A stretch of DNA of 64,000 bases from an uncultured virus (IMG/VR IMGVR_UViG_3300020197_000012). Lineage: Duplodnaviria; Heunggongvirae; Uroviricota; Caudoviricetes. Of the stretch, positions 48,401 through 57,800 are shown piece after piece. Position 1 is the first letter of the stretch. Each line of letters begins with the position of its first letter. The notes under the pieces were generated by a model. That model saw only the letters and a list, made by a program, of their open reading frames with translations, was not told the DNA's origin and ran no database searches. The position numbers and the translations under genes are program-made. The DNA lies in the IMG/VR virus record IMGVR_UViG_3300020197_000012; one strand, given 5' to 3'.

Positions 48401-50186
48401 TTGTAGATGCTGTAGTGATACCTACAGTAACAACACCGCCTGCAGTAATGCTATATTGTGTAGCAGCAGGTCCAAGAGATTTTACTTTATTAAGAACTAA
48501 ATCCGCAGTAAATACTTGTGAAGTGCTTGCATCAACAGATCGGATTGATTTTACATCTGAAAAATCAAAATCTCTTACAGAATATACTGTTGGCGACGAA
48601 CTGATTCCATTGACAGATACTGATTCCCCAATTAAAAATTTACCTCTTGTACCATATAAAGTTAAATCACTAGATACACCAACATTAGAATATAAATATC
48701 CACTTGCTCCACTATTTTTACCCTTAATAAATGCAGGTGCATTAAGTGTTATTTTACTACTAAGTGTAACTGATGTAAAGGTTTCAATGTCAAACAAAGC
48801 ACATTCAAATTTTGTTTGATCATCAACATATTTTGAATCTGGAGTGTAGATATCATACAAACGTGCAACACCAATTTGAGTTCCTGGTAAAGTTGACGGA
48901 GCACTATTGTCTATTCTAGAATTTGAAAGTTGAATTACATCAGTTGTAGTAATTCCAACTCTAGGAGTGCCAAATAAATTATCAATTTGCGTTCTAGCAG
49001 CAGCTCCAAACGAAAGACTATAATTACTGACAGCTCTTGAAGTTCTTGGCTTATCAATATCTATCAAAGTTGTTGAAAGTTTTTCAATGTCATAACCTAG
49101 AACGTATGCCTTTCCTGCCGAAATTTCAACGGTCAGTGCAGCTTCAGATGGTTCTAATCCACTTGGAGTAGTTTGATTGTCAAAGTACACTCCATTATTA
49201 CCTAAGCCATCGTTTAGATTTTCTTTTACAGATACTGAAAAAGGTTTAACCGTGTAATTTCCAGATTCATCATAAGTTCTTTTTGCCAACGCATCTTGCA
49301 ATGCGGTATCATTTGCTTTTGATGGAGTAAATGATTGTAGATCTCCATCAACAACACGCATTAATTCAATGAAGTTTTCATCGTTTAAATTATCAAGATC
49401 TTTTTTAATAAAAGTAGTAGATATTTTAAGTCTATCTGCTCCTGGTGCAGCATAGTTTGAAAATCCCTGAGCATTATCATTTAATGTATCATCATCGTAT
49501 GAAGTTACAATATCTTCTTCAATCAGTAAACCTACTCTAGCATTTGCAAATGAAGAATATTGGTCAAGGATTACTTTTTGTGATAATACTTTTACAAAAT
49601 GACCTCTTAAAAAATATACCCCGTCGTTAATTCCCGCAATCGAAGCTTTACCTACAGGATCTTCTGCAGTAACATTTGCAAATGGAGAATTTGCTTTTAA
49701 TACACCGCCAGTATAAGTTACATCTTCAGCAACTAATAAAGTTTCTCCTGGTGAAAATTTCTTAGTATTAAAATCTGTTGTGCTTGAGTTTGCGTATTTA
49801 AAGTATAATGTATTTTTTCCTGCAGTTGATTCTGCATTAGTGATAGCTAACTCAATTTTTGCTTGAAGCCCCGAGGTTTGTCCTACAACATTAATACCAA
49901 TCAAATTATTAACATAACTACTAACTTCAACACCAAAATAAATTGGATCTAGTAAAACATAATCTACTCTGTTATCATATGAAGTTTGACCTGGAATTAC
50001 CTTTGCACCTTCTTTAAAAAAGTGTTGACCAAATCTATCAATCTGATTTTGTAAAATTGATTGAAGAGTTGTTAATTCTCTAGCCTGTATTGGAGTTCCA
50101 GGCTTAAATAGTACTCGCTTATAGTTCTTGTCCTCACTAAAATCATCAAAGTATGGGCTTACATTTAAGTTAGTATTCTGTGGCAT
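42432..50186 (-). CDS. Large virion structural protein (DUF4815/VrlC-like)
   Basis: 2584 aa; MPQNTNLNVSPYFDDF, QARELTTLQSILQNQI, RFKSGFFVDNF, ENVNPF, DPIAQTF. Confidence 0.88.
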   Translation of the reverse strand: MPQNTNLNVSPYFDDFSEDKNYKRVLFKPGTPIQARELTTLQSILQNQIDRFGQHFFKEGAKVIPGQTSYDNRVDYVLLDPIYFGVEVSSYVNNLIGINVVGQTSGLQAKIELAITNAESTAGKNTLYFKYANSSTTDFNTKKFSPGETLLVAEDVTYTGGVLKANSPFANVTAEDPVGKASIAGINDGVYFLRGHFVKVLSQKVILDQYSSFANARVGLLIEEDIVTSYDDDTLNDNAQGFSNYAAPGADRLKISTTFIKKDLDNLNDENFIELMRVVDGDLQSFTPSKANDTALQDALAKRTYDESGNYTVKPFSVSVKENLNDGLGNNGVYFDNQTTPSGLEPSEAALTVEISAGKAYVLGYDIEKLSTTLIDIDKPRTSRAVSNYSLSFGAAARTQIDNLFGTPRVGITTTDVIQLSNSRIDNSAPSTLPGTQIGVARLYDIYTPDSKYVDDQTKFECALFDIETFTSVTLSSKITLNAPAFIKGKNSGASGYLYSNVGVSSDLTLYGTRGKFLIGESVSVNGISSSPTVYSVRDFDFSDVKSIRSVDASTSQVFTADLVLNKVKSLGPAATQYSITAGGVVTVGITTASTIPPKIGDIISYTKSGNPYPSYNKVSAVATNLKTFTVVGISSVTGVYDGTLPAAAITVNDLKVLQPDLVNSEDRDLFESLPTTDISALDLTNSSLEIRKTYIANVSSSSFTVVESDPNLFFKPFNINEYQLSYTDGIIEPLTAGSVIVSNGGKTITITQLSKNTSSNAKLIATLNKINLTVKKKNLVKAATVTFNRSTQIGSGTGGNTLNDGLTYSSIYGTRVQDKEICLYQGDVLNVLDIYESYDENDPVLPTVIVNNIVGDLTTLLPGQVFNGMTSKAKAKLISSTSTTLTFAYINAGVFTKGETLDFINSDISANINTINQFSKDISDKYVFDNGSRSEYVDYAKIILKEGQQPPAKRVTVVFDYYSTPAGDTGDFTSFSSFDPALYSNSIPYIYGSLRATDAIDIRPRVTTYDPATATKSPFEFNSRVFSTTGASVTNPILNASQILLGYSYYLGRIDVLFLNKNGSFEISQGSPSESPQKPILASPALDIAVISMPAYVYDAKEVYVSPVQHKRYTMKDIERLEQRLSNVEQVTSLSFLESNTKNLNIKDAKTGLDRFKSGFFVDNFENHDSHSIAHPDFKASIDATNGILRPSHYTTCFDLDYATNVTDDGVNIKKSGSLITLDYTEKLLIEQKFATRIENVNPFSIVKWSGTLSLTPESDTWIDTKQLDAKNLTSSALYDAMNAEKGINPNTGLTEVDWGSWEEIWTGKELVDTKLVSKQAETLSVVTNYQVTETTKNKKGKTKTKKVNKPATDASAKATGKPLFKNVAVWEEEYELTYQSTSKFERKGVQFKVNEKSETQNLGSRVVSREIIPYMRARNIEFKAQRVKPSTQYYAFFNKINVTEFCFPKLIEIEMVSGTFSAGEDVESQGFNIGDQGTSGNNGKKIRFQLQSSAHKYDKPGGTIEFYEKNPYDLKLGMPSNYSSTSTLLNVDTDSLNNQKDSKYSGYLTKGMKLIGKTSGAQATIKDLRLISDEAGTLIGSFYIPDGNVNNNPKFTSGTKTFQLTSDEDNEPVPGEVISQVEANFTAAGTQDNVQETTLTTRIPYYENIPIAPQTKTVDNGKIIEVKEYSKTRDKNNVDYIKTKDGQIIPLNAGNYDATVAKVTALDQAAAATAAAAKAAVEDIKKKQAQDKKNAKVLSNELKKKQKEAAAALKFSKSIKPTKCGYGDPIAQTFKVPPTEESGIFVTSIEVYFQKKDSASLPVACQIRTCIAGSPTSKILPFGEATLLPKDITVSADASIPTKFILPAPLFLTANTEYAIVLQTDSSDYQVWISRMSEVDVSTKNKPEAQQIIVSQQPYLGSFFKSQNGETWDPSQLEDLKFKLNIAQFSTDGGVFATYNPVLDIGNKQIVTLKKDPIKTISRDSVIKLGNNISAVISPGVTITQMNNLNATGKLVSTKGAIAINNAAAMTTNNVGSGLTPSVGSFTYSNVPIISVTGIGTGAVGIMTVNNGNLDTFTITNGGSGYSVGDIVTAQFGQLNENTKFNVGIVSAFNTLELSDVQGQFDLSNEVVYISSGSTAAFSYSGTKPIPISVTLDPAVDGLHFKVDHRGHAMHSRSNKVIISNVQPDINPAEVTQENYSSTATTPIKVTSVGIFTSFENVAVSAANPGYVRIDSEIISYTGVDAAASPPTLTGIARGIDSSLISGHDIGDKVYKYELNGVSLRRINKTHNFSEANPLLQNGIDHYYLKIDTTSTGSGVVRDGSVANGFPILRFTKSSDVGGVDATATQNIQFETLTPNIEHKTPPQTKVSCRVRTITATSVSGNEVSFIDQGFQQMNLNQMNHFTEPRMVASQINETTYLTNLPKNKSLWTEIILQTENPSVSPIIDLDRVAMILTTNRLDAPVTDFITDNRINAPVGDPHAAVYVSNKVKLENPATSLDLRFAAQRQESAQIRALYKLFRPDSPDASQPYILFPGFAGNEDGTPDKNVTSENNDTSASDYKFSVDNLSPFTGFMIKIIMSGTNQAEPPLIADLSVIALA

Positions 50187-50187
50187 C

Positions 50188-51819
50188 TTAGAACTCTAGA
50201 ATAATTTTAACGTCTTCTTTTTGATTTGGGGAGCGAATAATTGCAGCTCTGTTATCTATATAGATAATTTCCCCAGAGTATTTTTCATTCTCAGGAGTTG
50301 CACATCCCTTGATGTAATTTTGCCCCAACTTCACAGTTCTTGTATTTACTCCAGAACCAATAGTAGTTTTATTTACTGGAACCGCACTAGTTCCAAAAGT
50401 AGTGTCAATAACTAAATTACTTCCAACAGTAGCTCCTTGAATTACAGTTGTTCCGCCAACACCAATTTCTGAGGTGAATCTTGATAATTTAAATCCAACT
50501 GATGTGGAAGCTAAGCCTACTGGCTGATAATACTTGAGAACACCTGTAGTGTTATCCCAGGAAGCAACGATTCCAATCGCTGTAGATCCAATTCCAATAG
50601 TTTGAGTAACTACAGTATCTACATCATATTCAACTCCATCGATACTTGCTCCAGTAGAACTTACAAGTTTTAACGCATATAATGAACTATACTCTGACGC
50701 TGTTAGTAGTTGGCTGGTGCTACCACTCAAAGTTGGATTTTTAATAATACCAACTCTTGCAAAATCATTGCCAACAATTGTATCTGGGTTATTAGCATCT
50801 ACTTCATACCGAGAATAAATTAATACTTTGTTGGCACCTAGTTCAGTGTAAACATCTGCTCCATGACCTCCTGGAGGAGGCATGATGACGCTAAATTGTG
50901 CTACTGATGTTGATGCTACTCCAACACCGTTAAGACCTTGAATTGGAGCACCATTGGAAGACCCAGGTGCTCCTGGATAAAATTGAATAGTTCCGTAAGT
51001 GTACCCTCTACCACCATTAGTAACTGCAATATCTGAAACCTTTCCTGAAGAATCAATCGTAACTGTAGCTTTTCCATTAATACCATCACCTAAAATAGGG
51101 ACATTTTTGATTGATGTACTAATAGGTTGATAACCATCACCACGATTTTCAATAATTACAACTTGTACTTTACCATCTACTGCGTTGTTTTTAATTTCCT
51201 CACTTTCACCAGTACCCCAATTTTCGGGAACTGGAATATATTCAGTGGAATCAAATTTAATAATATCTCTTGGATTGATTGTATATAAGTATTTCCAAAC
51301 ATAACCATCACCAGAAGTACCAGCAGCTCTTGGTTCTAAATCTGTAAATAAAGGCTCATCAATTGATGGCGAACCAATTGGATTTTCTGGATTTGTTCCA
51401 TTATTTAAACAGATATAAACTCTATAATCTTGGTTTACGACATAATAATTGGCATCGTACAAATTATTAGAACTTGTAATAGGTGAGGGATTATAAACAT
51501 TATAATCATGACGATGCATTTCATAAGTAGTTCCAGGACTCCATTCAACTTTTCTAATGACTCTTCTTAAATCCGAAGGATTAATTTTTTTCAATGAAAT
51601 CATTGTATCGTGAGCATCATTCAATGCCTTAAACATATCCTGCGGTGATGGAGGATTATCATTCCAATCCGTTGTACCAGTACCAGTCATGGTATCATAG
51701 GGATTAGGAACACCAATAAAAGTATAATATGAATAGTTGGTGGAACCAATGCCAGTAAAAGTATTCATGAATGATTGAGCATTCAAAATTCTAAACTGGT
51801 CAGAAATTATCGCTGCCAT
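50188..51819 (-). CDS. gp8: Baseplate wedge subunit (T4 gp8)
   Basis: MAAIISDQFRILNA, YRVYICLNNG, DGYVWKYLYTI, QKEDVKIILEF. Confidence 0.92.
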   Translation of the reverse strand: MAAIISDQFRILNAQSFMNTFTGIGSTNYSYYTFIGVPNPYDTMTGTGTTDWNDNPPSPQDMFKALNDAHDTMISLKKINPSDLRRVIRKVEWSPGTTYEMHRHDYNVYNPSPITSSNNLYDANYYVVNQDYRVYICLNNGTNPENPIGSPSIDEPLFTDLEPRAAGTSGDGYVWKYLYTINPRDIIKFDSTEYIPVPENWGTGESEEIKNNAVDGKVQVVIIENRGDGYQPISTSIKNVPILGDGINGKATVTIDSSGKVSDIAVTNGGRGYTYGTIQFYPGAPGSSNGAPIQGLNGVGVASTSVAQFSVIMPPPGGHGADVYTELGANKVLIYSRYEVDANNPDTIVGNDFARVGIIKNPTLSGSTSQLLTASEYSSLYALKLVSSTGASIDGVEYDVDTVVTQTIGIGSTAIGIVASWDNTTGVLKYYQPVGLASTSVGFKLSRFTSEIGVGGTTVIQGATVGSNLVIDTTFGTSAVPVNKTTIGSGVNTRTVKLGQNYIKGCATPENEKYSGEIIYIDNRAAIIRSPNQKEDVKIILEF

Positions 51820-51839
51820 ATTTGTTATAGTTTTTTATC

Positions 51840-51846
51840 TATTTAG
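51840..51846 (-). promoter_or_regulatory. Late promoter variant CTAAATA
   Basis: At the gp7 stop, upstream of gp8. Confidence 0.6.
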
Positions 51847-54800
51847 TAGTTAACTTTAAGAGGAACTGTTCTAAAGGCAAGAGGTGCAGTAGAAACACCT
51901 ATGAGACCATTATTATTTAACGTAAACACAACTGGGGATGTACGAGAGTTATAATCATAAATTTTACCCCAACTATATTTTGCACAAGTAAAACCAGCAG
52001 TTGTGCCAATTCCAGTAATAGATTGAACGTTGCTGTATACTGTAACAATCCCAGAAAGGCTACTTACAACATTATCTGCTCTGTAAACATTATCAATAAA
52101 TGTTGTTCCTATTCCAAGAACTCCAAATCCTTCAGATCCATCTAGTGTAGTTACTCCACTACCAACAATACTATTGTTAACGATAAAGTAATCACCAGTA
52201 GCAATTCCACTCTTTGTAATATTTCCATAATTTGCCTGATTTAATACTGAATCACTATCAAATTGGAATATAATCATAGGAGATGTAGTTGAAACACCAG
52301 CTGCACTTGTAGTAATTCCAACAATATTGCCATAATCTCCTGCAATTTTAATATTATCAAACCTTTCATAATAAGTTGTTGGTGGTGATACAAGAACAAC
52401 AACTGGTGTATTACTATCATAACCAAATCCAGGATCTGTCACGGTAATACTAGTTACTATTCCAGCACCAGAAATATTTGATGTTACTGTTGCCTTAACA
52501 ACTTCAGATTCTGTAACGGCATACTGTGAAGATTGACCAACACCAATTACATTGAATAATTCGGTGCCTAATCTATAAATATCCATCCCAGAATTGGTTG
52601 TTCTGATCCAATCACTACCATTTATGGAAACTAAGGTTAATTGTGATGACCCCGTAATAATATATACGCTGTTTTTGTAAGTTACATCATGTAATGCATA
52701 TGCCGAAAACTCTGGTTCTGATACATTAGACCATGTTCCACCACCATCAGTTGATTTTAAAATTGTGCCATTATCGCCAACGGCAATGTGGCAGTTATTT
52801 AAATATTTAACTGAACGTAATTTATTAGAAGTTCCAGATGTTTGATTTGTCCAAACATAACCATCTGAAGTTCTTACAATAGCACCATTGTCACCAACAG
52901 CAACAAAGTTATCTAATCCAAATGCAACAGAATTTAAAGTATTAGTTCCTGCAGTTCTCACAACCCAAGAAGTTGTAATTCCAGTTGGAGCTTCTGAAAC
53001 TAAAGCTGTTCCTCCTGCGCCAACAGCAACAAACTTGTTAAATCCATAATCAACTCCATTAATATCACCACTGAAAGTTGCTGGGGGGAAATCAAAAGGA
53101 ATAATACCACCAACAAAAACTCTTGATAAGAAAATTGTATTATATGTCCATGAGAGACCTGTTGTTGAGGTTAAAATTGTTGTCCCACTACCAACAAGAA
53201 CCCAGTTATTGTTTCCATATGCAACTGATTTAAGATCATTTGTAATTCCTAAAGATTGTGAAGTCCAATTAACAAAATTAACGCTAGTAGAAAGTTTACC
53301 AGCATCGCCACATGCTACATACCGACCATTACCAAAATCGAAATTTCTAAATGTGGCTACACCAACTTCAATATCATCATTTACCCAAGTTTTACCATAC
53401 TGAGGAATTAGATCCACAACAGTTGAAACTGTAACTTCTGGTGATGATGCATAACCAAATCCAGGATTAGTAATAATGTAATTAGTTACAGTCCCAGCAG
53501 TTGAGACTGTAGCAGTAATTTTTGCAGTTTCTGTATCTTTTTCATTAAAAAGTATCACAGAATTTCTATTTTCTAATAAATCATCTAATTGCGAAAAATG
53601 TGGGAATGCATTTTCAACATAAATTTCAGTATCTGTTGTTTTGACATTTTTAATTATTCTTGATGTTGGTATGAATTTACCCTCTAAAATTGATCTTGCT
53701 TTTGAAATATAAACATTGTCAATAACTAAATCAGATTTTTGTTTATCAAGTGTTAATGTCCTAAAGAAATTTGGATCACTACTAATTCCAACATCAATAT
53801 AATTTGTGGTCTTAACTTCACTGATGGTATTAAAATTAGTTACAACCCTCTGCAATTGTTCTACATACGGAGTTTGTCTTAGCAATCTAAGAGAATCTCC
53901 CACCTTTACTTCTGGGGATACATTAACATCGGCTACATCAGAAACGGATCCTTTATAGAAGAAAATTAAGCACTCACTATCTGTTGGAGGTGCCTCTGTA
54001 AATGTAATCCTGTCCCCACTAACTAAAGTGTAAGCTTGATTTGGCTGTTGAACAACACCATTAAGTATGATGATTAAATTATTTGTTGGATCAATGCCAG
54101 ATCCAGGGAGAGCGTTTATTGTATATCTTTCAGTAATTAAATCTGTTTTAGTTAATAAGAATGTTTTTGATCTGCCATTGAATTGTGACGAAATATCATC
54201 TAATAAAGTTAAGTTTCCAAAGTGCCAACCACTGAAAACATCATTAATTCTATCAACAACTGTTAATGTAAATGCACTTGTAGCAATTCCAACTTGAGTA
54301 GGAATATTTGAGATTGTAAGTATATCATTTACCTTATATCCCAAACCACGGTTAGCAAATTCAAATTGTGTTACAGAGCCACCGCTACCAACAATAATAT
54401 TGACTTTAGCACCAGTTCCAGAACCACCGAGTAATGGTAGATTTGAATATGCAGTAGGAATACCAACATAAACATTAGGTGGAAGAGTTGAAGCATATCC
54501 AGTGCCACCTGATATAATACTAAATCCTGTAATAATGCCAACAGAAGTTCCAGTTCCAACTAATGCTATAATTGATGCTCCCGAGCCAACCTGGCTATTT
54601 AAGTTAACTTCAACATTACTTCTATAACCAGAACCAGAACTTGTTAATACTAAAGACTGAATTGTTCCAGATCCAGAAACAACTGGTATTGCATACGCTG
54701 CAACTAAAGGTTGATAGCCACTACCAAAACCAACTAAAACATTATTAATTATACCACCTTTAGGCAAATCAAGATAACTTGTTCCAGTAAACGATATTGA

Positions 54801-57800
54801 ACCACCAATACCGATTGCAGCTCTTTCAGTTATATTATAATCTATTACAGGCTTTTGTAAAATATTGTTTATTGTAATAATACCATAATTAGGACCTAAA
54901 ATATTATTCCCAATATCTGTAATGATTCCTGTTACATCCTTACCATAAGACTTTAATTCATATTCTGATGAAGAACCATCGAAAGAATTGCCAATATTAT
55001 CAAACACATAATTTGTATCATATGATAATCTATAGAATACTCTACCAGAAAAATTAGATCTTGTTGAAACTCCAACTGGACCAACTTCCCCATAAGGTGC
55101 CGTTGTAAAGTATATTACACCGTTGTTAACATTATAATCTCCAGTTAAAACAGTTACTCCAGCTCCTATAGTATGTGAAGTAGATATAGTTCCCATATAT
55201 CCACGTTGTACAGACAATACATTAGTTGAACCAAATCCAACTGCATTAATTTTCATCAATTCATCATCAACACGTAAAATATTAGCTGGTGTAATTGATG
55301 TAATTCCTGTTAAAGAGACTATGGTTGCACCTAATCCGACCGAACTAGTTAATGAATAATATAAATTCTCCCTAGCAATTGGTTTTTGAATTATATTATC
55401 AATAGTAATTAAACATCTTGTATTTGCGCTATCATATGGTGGATAGAATGTGTGAGTTATACCAGCTCCAACACCGAAACCGCTTCCAATATCTCTAAAT
55501 TTAAAATAATTACCTTCTGGAACTGCATCAGTTTTTAATCCAACAACTTTAATTCTATTATCATCAACTTTGTAAATGAATACTCTTGATGGCATAAAAT
55601 TAGTTGTTGCCCCACCAATTACTCTATTTGTTGATTCAATTGCAATCGGAGTGCCTCCAGCACCAGGATCATAAATTATTTCCTCACCCGTATTGAATCT
55701 ATGATTTGGTAAGTTAATAATACTTTGTCCAACTCCACATGCAGTTTGTGCAGTAAAACTAACTGACAGTAATCTTTTGTTATTTCTATTCAATCTAAAC
55801 GAAGTCAATCCAACAATCGTCCCACCTTTAGAAACATTAGAAACTGTTACGTCAGGAGCAGCTGTTGTACCTATTCCAATAATAGAAGTGACAATTCCAA
55901 CATAAGAATTAATTGCAGCTAATGTATTCGCACAACAATTGGCATTGTATGATGGACTACAATCAGTATCAACCGATACAGTATAATTGTATGATTGTGA
56001 AATTGTAAATGGTGTTGATTGATATGATGTTGATATTGCAACATTATTAATTACATATTGAGAAAGATTTATAATATATCTAAATCCACCTATAGTTTCT
56101 TGACTTTCCCCATCAACAAAACTTGTACCACCAACACCAGTCCAATAAGACAGTCCAGCGGCAACACTCTTTTCATTACCACCATATTTTAGATCATAAG
56201 CAACCGCATCAACAATATAACCTACATCTCTCTCACATACTTCACTATCAAAATCTAAATTGCTTAAAATTCCAGGATATGTATTTGTGATAAAACCAAC
56301 AACTTCAGATTGAATAAACTCTCTATTTAAAAGTAATAAATTTGCGCCATCTGCATTTATATTATCTAATTCTAGAAGACTAGTACCATTAAATTCGTCA
56401 CTAATATCGTCTACAATCTGAACACGGTTGGTTTTACAAATGCTATAGTCAAATAACTTTTTACTTAATAACCCAACATCTTTTGATATACCTTTATTAG
56501 TAGTAACCTCAAAAGATTTATCAAAATATTGCTTAGTATTAAATGATGATTCACTTAAAATATTAATTAAAGTATCTGAGGTATCTATTGTAGATGGCAT
56601 TAAATTGAAACTTCTACCAATACCTAAGGAGGGCTTTGAATTCACAACTACATCACCAAAAACAGCCATACCAGATGGATGTGCTAAAGCTTCTACATCA
56701 TTAATCCAAGTATTCTTTTGAATTAAGCTATTAATTGCATAGGAAAAACTTTGATAGTAATTACTATCTTGAATTCTTTGATCTGTATCGTTTACAAAAC
56801 CAGTTCTTGTTCTCCAACCGTTTTCTTTTACACGTTCACCCGCACAATTGAAATGTGCATCAGAATAATCAATTTCATCTACAACTGCTTTTGAATTTGT
56901 TTTTGAACCAACAAGAGAATTTCCAATTCCAATATTGAAACTATTACCTACAATTTTGAGTAAGTCTTTTTGAGAATTCCAACCGTCTTTATATACTTTA
57001 AATAAACTTCCATTTGAAAAGATAGTTTCATTTTCAATAAAATCAGTTTTTTCTAGTGTGGCAGTAAATTTAGCCAAATCATCATACTTAATAACTCTAC
57101 CAACGCTATTAGTTGAATCATAATAACCACCAGTACTTCCTAAACCAACAATAGAATAAGTTACTGTTTCTGCTCCAGGAGTAGTATCAATAGATGTAAC
57201 ATCAAAATATGCATAGTTATAGTCACTTGAATTATATCCACCAGCACCCGATAATGCTTCGGTGAGTTCAATTCCTTCAACAAAAACTTTATCTCCAACT
57301 TCAAATGGGAAGTCAATGAAACTTCCATTATCAGAATTAATTGATAGTGTATTGACTAATCCATCAGATACTGCACTCTTAACTGTTAACCCATTTGAGT
57401 TATTAATAGGTATGATAGTTGGTGGAACTAATGATAAGCCAGTTTTATTAATAGTTACCTTAGCATTTTGAATACTACCACCTTCAAGTTTAGAGTCAAA
57501 CTCAATTTCAGGATGTTCAATACAAATAAGTTTTGGCTCAACTAAGTAATTTTTACCACTATCTAAAATGACAACATCTTTTAATTGATAATTATTTCTT
57601 AATTTTAGAACAAATGGAATATCTGCTTTTGGTTTTAGTGATGGATCTGTTGGGAAATTATATCCAGAATTTATAATATTTAAATTTTTAATTTTTCCAA
57701 TGTTATCAGATAACAGTTTTAACTCTGCTTCTGTTCCTCCCACAGAGGTTAAACTTGAAATTTCTGGAAGTGCCAAATAACCAGTTCCAGTGAATCCAAT

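Noticed and set aside
2251..54559. Short out-of-frame minus-strand ORFs nested in core genes (e.g. 2251..2463, 4133..4393, 10645..11022, 24592..24990, 44684..44890)
   Set aside because: Alternative-frame artefacts of codon bias in conserved genes; no independent signals.
689..57471. All plus-strand ORFs in the track (e.g. 689..1039, 14679..15185, 16132..16749, 24596..25042, 48364..48819)
   Set aside because: Each lies antisense to a well-supported minus-strand gene and has no recognisable motifs; they are shadow ORFs.
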